DNA of 64,000 nucleotides, from positions 181,645 through 245,644 of the forward strand of contig JAUHXK010000008.1 of the NCBI GenBank assembly GCA_030427405.1, given 5' to 3'. The notes under the pieces are model-generated. The model was not told the DNA's origin. It ran no database searches and saw nothing but the letters and a program-made list of their open reading frames with translations. Made by a program: the position numbers and the translations under genes. This DNA is from Alphaproteobacteria bacterium (lineage in GTDB: Bacteria > Pseudomonadota > Alphaproteobacteria > Rhodobacterales > Rhodobacteraceae). Below, one piece after another: positions 43,216 through 53,386 of the stretch. Each line of letters starts with the position of its first letter. Position 1 is the stretch's first letter.

Positions 43216-44112
43216 ATGTCTTTGCAGAAATCCCTTTCCCCGCGCACATGGGCCGAGCTGATCTTGCTGGGCGTCATCTGGGGCGCTTCATTCCTGTCCA
43301 TCCGCATCGTTCTGGACACAGTCCCGGTCGTGACCTCGGTCTTTCACCGGGTGTTTTGGGCGGCGCTCGTATTGTGGGCGGTGCTGTTGATCCAAGGCTT
43401 GGCCATACCACGGTCACCGCGCATTTGGGCGGCTTTTCTGGTCATGGGCCTGCTGAACAACGTCCTGCCATTTTCGCTTATGGCCTGGGGACAGCTTTAC
43501 GTTCCAACCGGTCTGACCTCGATCCTGAATGCGACCACAGCCATATTCGGTGTGCTCGTGGCCGCCTTGTGTTTCCGGGACGAGAGGCTGACGCGGCCCC
43601 GGCTGTTGGGGGTCGGGCTGGGATTTGCCGGCGTCGCAACGGCCATCGGGTTGGACAACTTTTCCAGTTTCAGCCTGCAAAGCGCGGCGCAGTTGGCCAT
43701 TTTGTGCGGCACGCTCAGTTATGCGCTGGCGGCGGTCTGGGCGCGCAGCCATCTGGCGGGATTGTCGCCGCAGGTAGCGGCCACCGGCATGTTGACCGCG
43801 TCGGCGGTTATGATGTTGCCCGTCATGCTGGTGGTCGACGGCGTTCCGTCATTTAACCTGACTGCCGAGACCTGGATGGCGATAGGCTATTACTCGGTTG
43901 CCGCGACGGCGGGCGCCTATCTGCTCTACTACCGGGTTCTGGCACGGGCCGGCAGCGGAAACCTGTTGCTTGTTACCCTTATCATCCCACCCGTTGCCAT
44001 CGTCCTGGGCGCATCGTGGCGCGACGAAACCCTGCCGCCCACGGCCTTTGCCGGGTTCGCCATTCTTGCAATCGGTTTGCTGGTGCTCAGCAGATCGGGT
44101 CGCCGCGATTGA
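43216..44112 (+). CDS. DMT/EamA family transporter
   Basis: IWGASF, NNVLPF and ILNATT; about ten TM segments. Confidence 0.88.
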   Translation: MSLQKSLSPRTWAELILLGVIWGASFLSIRIVLDTVPVVTSVFHRVFWAALVLWAVLLIQGLAIPRSPRIWAAFLVMGLLNNVLPFSLMAWGQLYVPTGLTSILNATTAIFGVLVAALCFRDERLTRPRLLGVGLGFAGVATAIGLDNFSSFSLQSAAQLAILCGTLSYALAAVWARSHLAGLSPQVAATGMLTASAVMMLPVMLVVDGVPSFNLTAETWMAIGYYSVAATAGAYLLYYRVLARAGSGNLLLVTLIIPPVAIVLGASWRDETLPPTAFAGFAILAIGLLVLSRSGRRD

Positions 44113-44161
44113 CGCCGGTCCCTGCCCGATTTAGCTAGGACAAAACAAGGGATGGTGGATC

Positions 44162-45034
44162 ATGATCTACGGGTCGGCACAAGACTGGCACAGTGCAGCG
44201 CGGAAGAAAGTGCTGTTTTTCGGCATGTCCGGGCTGGGCAAGACCTATGTTTCGAACATCCTGCGCGATTCAGGTGATTGGTTCCACTATTCAATCGATT
44301 ACCGGATCGGGACCCGGTACATGGGCGAGTACATCACCGACAACGCCAAGGCCCAGGCGATGAAAGTGCCCTTTCTGCGCGAGCTTCTGCTCTCGGACTC
44401 GATCTATATCGGGTCCAATATCTCGTTCGAAAACCTGACACCTGTTTCCGCCTATCTGGGCAAGCCCGGAAACCCCGACCTGGGCGGGCTGGAAATTGCG
44501 GAATACCGCAGGCGGCAGGAACAGTTTCGGCTGGCCGAAATACACGCGCTTTTGGATACCGGGTATTTCATCGACCGGGCGCAGCGGCTTTACGATTACC
44601 CGCATTTCATCTGCGATACCGGGGGGTCCATCTGCGAATGGGTTGATCCCGAAGATCCAGCCGACCAGGTCCTGACCGAATTGTCGCGCCGCACCCTGAT
44701 GGTGTGGATCAAGGGCGATGACGACCATACCAACGAACTGATCCGTCGCTTTGACAAGGCGCCCAAGCCGATGTCCTATCAGGCCGATTTCCTGACCCGC
44801 GTGTGGGATGCCTACCTGGACCACAATGGCTGCACCGAAGCCGAGGTTGACCCGGATGCGTTCATCCGCTGGACCTATGCCCAGGCCCTGGCGCACCGTC
44901 AGCCGCGGTACGCGGCCATGGCAAAGAACTGGGGCGTGGCGGTGACCGCCACCGAAATCGGACAGGTGCGGGACGCGCGTGATTTCGATGAGTTGATCGA
45001 ACGCACCCTTGAGGCGCGCCTCAGCCGCGCTTAA
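44162..45034 (+). CDS. Uncharacterised P-loop NTPase (kinase-like)
   Basis: GMSGLGKT Walker A and ICDTGGS. Confidence 0.75.
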   Translation: MIYGSAQDWHSAARKKVLFFGMSGLGKTYVSNILRDSGDWFHYSIDYRIGTRYMGEYITDNAKAQAMKVPFLRELLLSDSIYIGSNISFENLTPVSAYLGKPGNPDLGGLEIAEYRRRQEQFRLAEIHALLDTGYFIDRAQRLYDYPHFICDTGGSICEWVDPEDPADQVLTELSRRTLMVWIKGDDDHTNELIRRFDKAPKPMSYQADFLTRVWDAYLDHNGCTEAEVDPDAFIRWTYAQALAHRQPRYAAMAKNWGVAVTATEIGQVRDARDFDELIERTLEARLSRA

Positions 45035-45072
45035 GTAGCAACCTTCCTGTACCTCTGCAAAAGCCGAAGCCA

Positions 45073-45990
45073 ATGCCAATCAAGATTCCTTCCGACCTGC
45101 CTGCATTTGACGTCCTCACCCGCGAAGGCGTCATGGTCATGGCCGAGGATCAGGCCATGCGGCAGGACATCCGCCCCCTGCGGATCGGGCTTTTGAACCT
45201 GATGCCGAAAAAGATCCAGACCGAGAACCAGTTTGCCCGGTTGATCGGCGCTACGCCGTTGCAGATCGACCTGTCGCTGATCCGCATGACCGAACATCAG
45301 ACCCGGAATACGGCCGCCGAACATATGCAGGAATTCTACCGGCCGTTTCAGGACGTCAAGGATCAGAAATTCGACGGGCTGATCATCACCGGCGCGCCGA
45401 TCGAACATCTCGAATTCGACGACGTCACCTATTGGGACGAGATCCGCGAAGTGTTCGACTGGACCCAAACCAATGTGCATTCGACCTTTGGCGTGTGCTG
45501 GGGCGGCATGGCGATGATCAACCATTTCCACGGTGTCAAAAAACACATGCTGAACGCCAAGGCGTTTGGGTGTTTCCGGCATCGCAACATGAATGCGGCT
45601 TCGCCGTTCCTGCGCGGGTTTTCGGATGATTGCGTGATCCCGGTCAGCCGTTGGACGGAAATGAAACAGGCCGAGATTGACGCCGCGCCAGGTTTAACCA
45701 CCTTGCTGGGCAGCGATGATGTCGGCCCCTGTCTGGTCGAGGACAAGGCACACCGCGCTTTGTATATCTTCAATCACTTTGAATATGACAGCGACACGCT
45801 GAAACAGGAATACGACCGGGACGTTGCATCCGGCACGCCGATCAACGTGCCCACCAACTATTACCCCGACGACGACCCGACGCGGACCCCGCAGAACCGG
45901 TGGCGCAGCCACGCACATCTGTTGTACGGGAACTGGATCAACGAGATTTACCAGACGACCCCGTTTGATCTGGCGGCAATTGGGACTTAA
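45073..45990 (+). CDS. metA: Homoserine O-acyltransferase, MetA family, predicted acetyltransferase
   Basis: LNLMP, TGAPIE (Glu at the acyl-specificity position), GVCWG, NHFEY and WRSHA. Confidence 0.92.
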   Translation: MPIKIPSDLPAFDVLTREGVMVMAEDQAMRQDIRPLRIGLLNLMPKKIQTENQFARLIGATPLQIDLSLIRMTEHQTRNTAAEHMQEFYRPFQDVKDQKFDGLIITGAPIEHLEFDDVTYWDEIREVFDWTQTNVHSTFGVCWGGMAMINHFHGVKKHMLNAKAFGCFRHRNMNAASPFLRGFSDDCVIPVSRWTEMKQAEIDAAPGLTTLLGSDDVGPCLVEDKAHRALYIFNHFEYDSDTLKQEYDRDVASGTPINVPTNYYPDDDPTRTPQNRWRSHAHLLYGNWINEIYQTTPFDLAAIGT

Positions 45991-46933
45991 GGCGCTGATA
46001 TACCTCGGCCTTTTCGCCGTCGCGTTGATTGCTTTTGCAAACTGGCGCGCGGCCGTGATCGAAAGACGCGCAGAAGCCGCGTTTCCAATCGAAGGTCAGT
46101 TGGTCGAGGTGGACGGCGTTCAGGTTCACGCGGTGGTCATGGGAAACGGCCCCGACGTGGTGCTGATCCACGGCTCCAGCGGGAACACCCGCGACATGAC
46201 ATTTGCTCTGGCGCCGATCCTGGCCGAAACCTATCGGGTCATTGTCTTTGACAGGCCGGGGCTGGGATATTCCGAAAGTTTCAACCCCGACGGAGAAACC
46301 ATCGTCGAACAGGCCGACATCCTGCGAAAGGCCGCAGCGCAGCTGGGTGCGCACAAGCCCATCGTGGCCGGGCAAAGCTATGGCGGCTCTGTTTCGCTGG
46401 CCTGGGCGGTGACGCACCCGGATGCGCTGTCGGCCCTGGTTCTGATTGCCCCGGCGGCAGTTCCCTGGGACACGCCGCTTGATACGTTCAACACGGTCGC
46501 GGCAACCCCGGCGGGCAACGCGCTTGCGCTGCCGTTCATCACCGCCTTTGCACCGGACTGGTTTGTTGCGAAAACCCTGGATCAGGTCTTTGCCCCGCAA
46601 GTAGCCCCGGCGGGTTATGCCCGGCATTTTGGCCCCGGTCTGACCATGCGGCGTGCATCAATGCATGCAAACGCGAAACAGCGCGCCAACCTGGTGCATG
46701 AACTTGCCGACCTGCAACCGCGTTACGGCGAAATCTCGGTCCCGACGGAAATCGTGCACGGAACCGCCGACACGACCGTCGGTCTGGAATGGCATTCGCA
46801 GCGCCTGGTGGATCAAATTCCGGGTGCCGAGCTGATCGAACTGGACGGCATCGGGCATATGCCGCAGGTCGTGTCGGCCCCCGAGGTCGCGGCGGCAATC
46901 GACCGGGCCGCCCTGCGTGCGGGTTTGCGTTAG
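45980..46933 (+). CDS. Alpha/beta hydrolase with N-terminal anchor
   Basis: IHGSSG, FDRPGLG, GQSYGG, HGTAD and GHM; start uncertain. Confidence 0.85.
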   Translation: MGLKALIYLGLFAVALIAFANWRAAVIERRAEAAFPIEGQLVEVDGVQVHAVVMGNGPDVVLIHGSSGNTRDMTFALAPILAETYRVIVFDRPGLGYSESFNPDGETIVEQADILRKAAAQLGAHKPIVAGQSYGGSVSLAWAVTHPDALSALVLIAPAAVPWDTPLDTFNTVAATPAGNALALPFITAFAPDWFVAKTLDQVFAPQVAPAGYARHFGPGLTMRRASMHANAKQRANLVHELADLQPRYGEISVPTEIVHGTADTTVGLEWHSQRLVDQIPGAELIELDGIGHMPQVVSAPEVAAAIDRAALRAGLR

Positions 46934-46980
46934 GTCCACGCGTAATCCATAGTAGGAATTGGATTTTTGATGAGGACCCA

Positions 46981-47850
46981 ATGACCGGATCGGACAACGG
47001 CGCAATCGAAACCTACTTTCGCAATGACGCCCCCAAGGACGTTCGCCAGGCAATCGAAAAGGCGAAAAAGGATGACATCCTCAACCCGAGCTATCCGTAT
47101 TCGGAACGGATGAAGGGCAAGGATTATGACGCCGAAATGGATGCGCTGCAGATTGAATTGGTCAAGATGCAATCCTGGCTCAGGCAATCGGGGCAGCGGG
47201 TCGCTCTTGTATTCGAAGGTCGGGACGCGGCTGGCAAGGGCGGCACGATCAAGAGGTTTCGCGAGAACCTGAACCCACGGGGCGCGCGGAACGTGGCGCT
47301 TAGCAAACCGTCGGATGCAGAGCGCAGCCAGTGGTATTTTCAACGCTACATCACCCATCTTCCGTCAGCAGGCGAAATCGTGTTCTTCGATCGCAGCTGG
47401 TACAACCGCGGCGTCGTGGAAAATGTCTTTGGATTCTGCACCCCGGAAGAACGTGAACGGTTTTTCCGCCAGGTTCTGCCCCTTGAAACCGGGTTGGTGA
47501 ACGACGGCATCCATCTGTTCAAATTCTGGCTCAATGTCGGTCGGGCCGAACAGCTAAACCGGTTCCTTGCACGCGAAACGGACCCGTTGAAGCAATGGAA
47601 GTTGAGCCCGATCGACATTGCCGGCCTTGCCAAATGGGATGCCTACAGCCAATCCATCGCGGAAACGCTGACCCGTTCGCATTCCGAACGCTGCCCCTGG
47701 ACGATCATTCGGTCCGATGACAAGAAACGCGCCCGCTTGGCGGCCATCCGAACCGTGCTGAGCGCGCTGGACTATGACCAAAAGGACCGCAAAGCCATCG
47801 GAGAAGTAGATGCCAGCATCTGCGGCGGACCGGAAATGTGGGATTCTTGA
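46981..47850 (+). CDS. ppk2: Polyphosphate kinase 2
   Basis: [25 protein letters not shown] and SDDKKRAR. Confidence 0.95.
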   Translation: MTGSDNGAIETYFRNDAPKDVRQAIEKAKKDDILNPSYPYSERMKGKDYDAEMDALQIELVKMQSWLRQSGQRVALVFEGRDAAGKGGTIKRFRENLNPRGARNVALSKPSDAERSQWYFQRYITHLPSAGEIVFFDRSWYNRGVVENVFGFCTPEERERFFRQVLPLETGLVNDGIHLFKFWLNVGRAEQLNRFLARETDPLKQWKLSPIDIAGLAKWDAYSQSIAETLTRSHSERCPWTIIRSDDKKRARLAAIRTVLSALDYDQKDRKAIGEVDASICGGPEMWDS

Positions 47851-47990
47851 CCTGATGCGACCCTTGTTTTTCGCCGTTTGGCCAATAGGTTGCTATTCGT
47901 GACACAGTTTGCGCCATCATCCTGGCCAGCAAAGAGCCGGACATCAGAACCAGCCCAGCGGCCCGCCAAATGGGGGTGTTTGAACACGCG

Positions 47991-48605
47991 ATGACCAAAC
48001 GCGGGTATCATCATGGCAACCTCAAGCAAGCCCTGATCGAAGCGGCCCTGTCGCTGATCGAAGACAAGGGGCCGACCGGGTTTACCCTGTCCGAAGCGGC
48101 CAAAACCGCCGGCGTGACCCCGGCGGCGGTCTATCGCCATTACCACGGTCGCGAAGACCTGATCGCCGAGGCGGCGCGGCAAGGGTTCGAAATGTTCGCG
48201 GACCTGATGCAATTTGCTTATGACAAGGGCCAACCCTCGGCGCTGGCTGCGTTCGAGGCCACCGGGCGCGCCTATCTGGCATTTGCGCGCAAGCATCCCG
48301 GACACTACATCGCGATGTTCGAAAGCGGTATCTCACCGAACCGGACGCCCGAACTGGCGATGGCGGCAAATAGGGCCAAGGGCGTGCTGGAAAAGGCGGC
48401 CGAGGATCTTTCGCAGCACATCCCACCTGACAAGCGCCCGCCCGCGTCAATGTTCAGCGCACATATCTGGGCAATGAGCCACGGGGTTGTCGAGCTTTAT
48501 GCGCGCAACACCGGGGCAAGCTCGCCCTTCCCGCCCGAAGACCTTCTGGAATCCGGGATCGGTATCTATCTGCGTGGATTGGGGCTTGTGCCGCCCGACG
48601 CGTGA
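47991..48605 (+). CDS. TetR/AcrR family regulator
   Basis: YHHGNLKQAL...TLSEAAKTAGVTPAAVYRHY. Confidence 0.92.
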   Translation: MTKRGYHHGNLKQALIEAALSLIEDKGPTGFTLSEAAKTAGVTPAAVYRHYHGREDLIAEAARQGFEMFADLMQFAYDKGQPSALAAFEATGRAYLAFARKHPGHYIAMFESGISPNRTPELAMAANRAKGVLEKAAEDLSQHIPPDKRPPASMFSAHIWAMSHGVVELYARNTGASSPFPPEDLLESGIGIYLRGLGLVPPDA

Positions 48606-48612
48606 CACCGGG

Positions 48613-49671
48613 CTAAAACGCCCTTCTCCCCTGCGGCACGTTCAGGCGCGAGGTGACGTTGATCAGGTCCTTCACGCCAATCCCCTTGATGTCGACCGGA
48701 CCGATATCCGACACTTGGAACTCGTCGATCAGCGCGTATTTCATCTCTTCCGGTGCGACGATATGCATGGGGTTGGCAAAGACCTGCAACCGCGATGCCA
48801 GGTTCACGGCCGGGCCGAACACGTCATAAACGTATTTCTGAATTCCAACGACCGAACCGACCGCCGCCCCCATTCCCAGGCCGACGCGCGCCTGCCATTT
48901 ATGGGGGTGGCTTTCGTTGCGCCGCTCCAGGTAGCGCAGGAACCGCACCGCGCAATGTGCAACGGCGGTTGCGTGATCGGGGGTGGCGTCCGGCATTCCG
49001 GAAACTGCCAGATAGGCGTCACCGATGGTCTTGATCCGTTCACAGCCGAATTGTTCAACGATCCGGTCGAAGGCGGTGAAGATGTCATTCAACTCGCTGA
49101 GGGTGACGGTCGGGTCCGTTTTGGCCGCGAAATCAGTGAACCCGACGAAATCCAACATGACCACTGACACCTGATCGAACAGCTGAGGCGTGACCACCCC
49201 GAAGGTTTTGAACTCTTCGTAAACGGCACGCGGCATCAGGTTGAGCAGCAGCCGCTCCACCCGCTCTTTTTCCCTCTCCAGTTCGCGCGTATTGCGTTCG
49301 ACCATGGTAGAATAACTGTCGATCATGCTTTCAAGTTCGCGAATTCGGGTGATGTTCTGACATTCGACGACCAGAATCTGTTCGTCCATCCCGTTGGCCA
49401 GCGAAATAGAGGTGGCAAAGATAAGGGTCCGGCGCTTGGGTTTGATCTGAAGTTCGGCTGAATACCTCAGGCCTGATTGTTTGACGTCATCCAACTCTCG
49501 GGGGTCAAGGTCGGGCAAGATATCCAGAATGGTCTGGCCCGGTTCGGGGGTGCCGAACCATTCGGCAAAAGGACCGTTGTGAAAGACAATGGCCAAGTCC
49601 GAGGCGCGGCACACGGCGACCCCGACGCCAATCGCGCGCAACAAATGTTCGTTGATGGCCAAAATGCTCAT
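48613..49671 (-). CDS. Class III adenylate cyclase with N-terminal PAS-like domain and signalling helix
   Basis: EKERVERLLLNLMP, LDFVGFT, IKTIGDAY, YDVFG and VNLASRL. Confidence 0.9.
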   Translation of the reverse strand: MSILAINEHLLRAIGVGVAVCRASDLAIVFHNGPFAEWFGTPEPGQTILDILPDLDPRELDDVKQSGLRYSAELQIKPKRRTLIFATSISLANGMDEQILVVECQNITRIRELESMIDSYSTMVERNTRELEREKERVERLLLNLMPRAVYEEFKTFGVVTPQLFDQVSVVMLDFVGFTDFAAKTDPTVTLSELNDIFTAFDRIVEQFGCERIKTIGDAYLAVSGMPDATPDHATAVAHCAVRFLRYLERRNESHPHKWQARVGLGMGAAVGSVVGIQKYVYDVFGPAVNLASRLQVFANPMHIVAPEEMKYALIDEFQVSDIGPVDIKGIGVKDLINVTSRLNVPQGRRAF

Positions 49672-50036
49672 GCAGCGTTCCGGGCGACGATTATAGTGCG
49701 CTTTTCTTCGATGGCAGACAGCGCGACTTGAATGTCCGCATCGGCCATTCCATGCATCTCAAGCGCCTGTGCAAACAGATCGGACATTTCGTTGAAATCG
49801 TCATGTGAGATGTTCAGGTGGCGATGGACCGCCTGTATACGGTCATCGCTGAACGACGCAGGGCCACCTACCAGCGACGAAACGAACTTGGTCTGGTGGT
49901 CGATCAGGCGCGGCATGTCGATATCTTCGAAATAGTCGCCGATCTGGTCGGATTCCAACGCCAGTTCGTAAAAAGACATCACGATCCGGCTGATGGTTTT
50001 GAACCCGCCGTATTTTTCATAGATCGACTGACTCAT
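49668..50036 (-). CDS. Group I truncated (2/2) hemoglobin
   Basis: YEKYGG, SFY (B9-B10), YF (CD1), HQ (E7 region), GGP and proximal His in AVHRHL; stop overlaps the cyclase ATG. Confidence 0.88.
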   Translation of the reverse strand: MSQSIYEKYGGFKTISRIVMSFYELALESDQIGDYFEDIDMPRLIDHQTKFVSSLVGGPASFSDDRIQAVHRHLNISHDDFNEMSDLFAQALEMHGMADADIQVALSAIEEKRTIIVARNAA

Positions 50037-50161
50037 AACAAACACCGGTGCTTACAGGATAAACACCAGAACATTACACCAAAAAGCCTATTTAGTTAAT
50101 GCATAATTGGGCGCCGCTTTGGCGCACCAAAACAGGCCCACATCCTTGCCCGAGTATGGGC

Positions 50162-51058
50162 TCAGGCGTTCAGGTCCTCGGCGCAGGGGATAAGACCGAC
50201 AAACCCGCCCTGCCGCAGCAACCTGGACTGCCCCCCCAAACGCCATTTCAGCTTTCGGCTGACCGCTTGCAGCTCTCGGCGCAGACGGAACCAAACCGGC
50301 CCCTTGTCGAGCCCGCTATTGATGCTTTTGTCCTGCGTCCGCTCGCTGGTTTTAACCAAATGGTCCGCGGTACCCTGATTGCGCGCCCACATCATTTGCA
50401 CCCCGCAGGCGGGAAAGCATTGGAACATGCGCCAATCCGGCCGGGGAAGTGTCAGGAAATCGTCCAGATGATCGGAATAGCTTTCGGACCAATCCAGCAG
50501 CTTCCGGCACCCTTCCAACGAAAGGATGTAAGCGGCCGCGCTGGGGGCCATTTCCAGAAGAGGCCGGACCGTGACAGAGCCAATCTTTGTCTCGGCCTCG
50601 AAGCGCAAAACCCGCGGAGAATAGTCAAGCTTGACCAGATCAAAGGACGTCGCATGGTTCAAAAGCTCTTGGACAATCGTTCCGGCGTGGACCGAAAGCT
50701 CGGCGTCGTCCTCGAATATGGCGGCTGCGGGCAGGCCCTGATCAACCATCAGCTTCCAAATGGCGCGATGGCTTTCGAAACACGCAATCTCGCTGATGGT
50801 CAGGCCCCAGCGGGACCCCACACCGGCAACGTATCCGTTTCCGTCCAACGCGTTGCTCTGGCGGGCATCCGTCGCGCTGAACCGTTGTGCGCCGACCAAC
50901 CCCGCCCGGGCGAACTGGGCCTCCATAAAGTCCCGGCGTTCCGGCACACGGTCCAGATTGATATAAAAGGCCCTGCCCCCTGTTTGCCGGTCGCCACTGT
51001 GCACGGGATTTCCTTTCGCTGCTCGCTTAGCCCCACTTATCGTCAGTGCGTCCTGCAA
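50162..51058 (-). CDS. Glycosyltransferase family 25
   Basis: YINLDRVPERR, EIACFESH, IFEDDA and AAYILS; start uncertain. Confidence 0.85.
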   Translation of the reverse strand: MQDALTISGAKRAAKGNPVHSGDRQTGGRAFYINLDRVPERRDFMEAQFARAGLVGAQRFSATDARQSNALDGNGYVAGVGSRWGLTISEIACFESHRAIWKLMVDQGLPAAAIFEDDAELSVHAGTIVQELLNHATSFDLVKLDYSPRVLRFEAETKIGSVTVRPLLEMAPSAAAYILSLEGCRKLLDWSESYSDHLDDFLTLPRPDWRMFQCFPACGVQMMWARNQGTADHLVKTSERTQDKSINSGLDKGPVWFRLRRELQAVSRKLKWRLGGQSRLLRQGGFVGLIPCAEDLNA

Positions 51059-51151
51059 GTCCAGATCAACAATGGGATACCCGGTAAGTGGCCCAGATCA
51101 CCCGCCACGTGCGACCGGCATTCATCGAGATGACACCCAATCACTGCGGCG

Positions 51152-53380
51152 CTATGCGTCCGTGCTGACAAGGGCGCCGCCCCGACAATCCTGAAGGAAA
51201 GACATCAGCTTTTGCGTATCTATCGGCTTTCGGATCAACGTAAACCCGTTCAACGCGCAGGCCTTGTCCAAATCCTCGGACCGGTTGGCCGAGATGACGC
51301 AGGCCGGAACCGAACCGAACTCGGCCGTCAGGTTCTGAATTGCGTCCACACCGGAACGCGCATTGTCCAACTGGTAATCGGCAATGATCAGATCCGGCTG
51401 AATTTCGATTTCGCGCAACAGGCTGGCGGCCTGCTCTTCACCCGCACATTCGATGACATGGACGCCCCAGCTTTCCATCGTCATCGTAAGCGCGTTGCGC
51501 AAATCGCCATCGTTTTCAATCAGCAGGGCAATCGTGCTTTGCGCTATGGCCGCCCCCGAGGCGTTGCCCGCCTCCTTGCCGCCTTGCACAGCGGGCGCCG
51601 AGGGCATCAGCGGCACCGTTACCGAAAACGCGGTTCCCTGGCCTACGCGGGATTGCAACCGGATCGGGTGGTTCAGCAATCCGCATGCCCTTTCGACAAT
51701 CGCCAGACCCAGCCCCATGCCCTCTGCCGCGCTTGCATCCGAATGCAGGCGCTGAAACTCGTGAAACACGATTTCCTGCTGGTCTTCTGATATCCCAATC
51801 CCTGTATCGTGAACCTCGATGCTGACGGCTTTGCCGCGTCGGCGCACGCCCACAAGCACCCTGCCCGTTTCGGTATAGCGGATGGCATTTGACACCAGGT
51901 TCTGCAGAATTCTGCGCAAATAGCTGGCGTCGCTGCGCACCACGATGCTGGTCGGAACCAGGTGAAACTCCAGCCCCTTGGCCTGTGCAACGGGCCGGAA
52001 GGCATCCCCCAACTGGGTGAACAACTCGCCCAGCGGAACCGCGGATTCATGCACCGACGCGCGCCCCGAATCCAGTTTCGAGATATCCAGAAGTGCTTCG
52101 AGGATATGCTCGACACTGTTCAGCGCGCTTTCCGCCTTTTCCGAAACCGCCCTTGCATCCATTTCGTCCAACCCCCGGCCAAGGGCTGCGACATAAAGCT
52201 TGGCCGCCGACAGCGGTTGCAACAGGTCATGGCTGGCCGCAGCCACAAAGCGCGATTTAGAGGCATTCGCCCGCTCGGCGTCTTTGAGCGCGTCGGCAAG
52301 CTCTTCGGTGCGCGCCTCGACACGATGTTCCAAAAGTTCCTTGGCCTCGACCAGCGCCTTGGCCGATTTTGTCTCGTCGGTAATATCGGTAAACGAGATA
52401 ACGAAACCGCGGTCCGGCATCTCCTGCGCAAATACCGACAGAATTTTGGAACGCCCGCTATGTATCTGCAGGTTAAGCGGCGACCGCTCGGTACTGCTGT
52501 CGATCCAGGCCAGGAATTCGGCACTGGTCGCGCCGCCCTCGAACCGAATGTTCGAGCCCAGGCGTTTGAAAATTGAAGAAAATTGCGATCCCATGCGAAA
52601 CTCGGCCGTGGGAATGGCAAGCAGCTCGCTGGCCCGGTTGTTCCACCCCACCAGCCGCTGTTTCTTGTCAAAGATGCACACGCCCTGGTCGATATGTTCC
52701 AGCGTGGCCCGGATCAGCCGCGCCTGATCGTCAAGAAGCCTGTCCCTTTCTTGTCGCTCAATGCGCATGATATCCGAGACATCGGTCTGCAGGATGACGG
52801 TTCCGCCATCGGGGGTCCGATGTTCCGAGACCTGAATCCAGCGGTTGCCGGTCAGGCGGACATTAAAGACAACATGGTCATCCGCATGCCGCGCCATGCG
52901 CTGCGTGACCCAATCTTGCGCGGTTTCGTTCTCGGGCAACGACAGGTATTCCGACTGGCTGACAAGCGCGACATAGTCGAAAAACCGCAAGCCGGGCAGC
53001 AATTTGTCCTGAATATCGGGCATGTGCATGCCAAAACGGCTGTTGCACATGACCAGGTCCTCATCGAGGTTGAACAGGGCAAACCCTTCCCGAACCGTTT
53101 CAATCGCATTGGCCAGGTTGGACCGCGCCGCTTCGGTTTCCCGGTTCGCCTCGGCCAGACGGGCGTTGGAATCGTTGAGAAGATCAAGCGCGCGTTCCAG
53201 ATCATGGGTGCGCGCGCGCACCTCTTCCTCAAGCATCGCCGCGCGCTGAAACTGCGCATAGGCCGCACCCGTGGCGTCGGTCGATTCCTCGACCCGGCGC
53301 ATCAGCGCAGCCGCGATTTTCAGCAGCTTTTCGTTCTGACGTTCCAGCGGGTCATTCGGGTCGATCAGGGACTGATGCAT
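51152..53380 (-). CDS. PAS-domain hybrid sensor histidine kinase (NahK/ErcS-like)
   Basis: Two PAS-like segments, AAASHDLLQPL H-box, N/G boxes and a C-terminal receiver domain (IIADYQL). Confidence 0.9.
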   Translation of the reverse strand: MHQSLIDPNDPLERQNEKLLKIAAALMRRVEESTDATGAAYAQFQRAAMLEEEVRARTHDLERALDLLNDSNARLAEANRETEAARSNLANAIETVREGFALFNLDEDLVMCNSRFGMHMPDIQDKLLPGLRFFDYVALVSQSEYLSLPENETAQDWVTQRMARHADDHVVFNVRLTGNRWIQVSEHRTPDGGTVILQTDVSDIMRIERQERDRLLDDQARLIRATLEHIDQGVCIFDKKQRLVGWNNRASELLAIPTAEFRMGSQFSSIFKRLGSNIRFEGGATSAEFLAWIDSSTERSPLNLQIHSGRSKILSVFAQEMPDRGFVISFTDITDETKSAKALVEAKELLEHRVEARTEELADALKDAERANASKSRFVAAASHDLLQPLSAAKLYVAALGRGLDEMDARAVSEKAESALNSVEHILEALLDISKLDSGRASVHESAVPLGELFTQLGDAFRPVAQAKGLEFHLVPTSIVVRSDASYLRRILQNLVSNAIRYTETGRVLVGVRRRGKAVSIEVHDTGIGISEDQQEIVFHEFQRLHSDASAAEGMGLGLAIVERACGLLNHPIRLQSRVGQGTAFSVTVPLMPSAPAVQGGKEAGNASGAAIAQSTIALLIENDGDLRNALTMTMESWGVHVIECAGEEQAASLLREIEIQPDLIIADYQLDNARSGVDAIQNLTAEFGSVPACVISANRSEDLDKACALNGFTLIRKPIDTQKLMSFLQDCRGGALVSTDA

Positions 53381-53386
53381 ATCAGG

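Noticed and set aside
45011-45072. Possible SAM-II or SAM/SAH riboswitch before metA (CAAC..CTTCCTG)
   Set aside because: Stems and the pseudoknot partner are missing, and the gap is only 38 bp.
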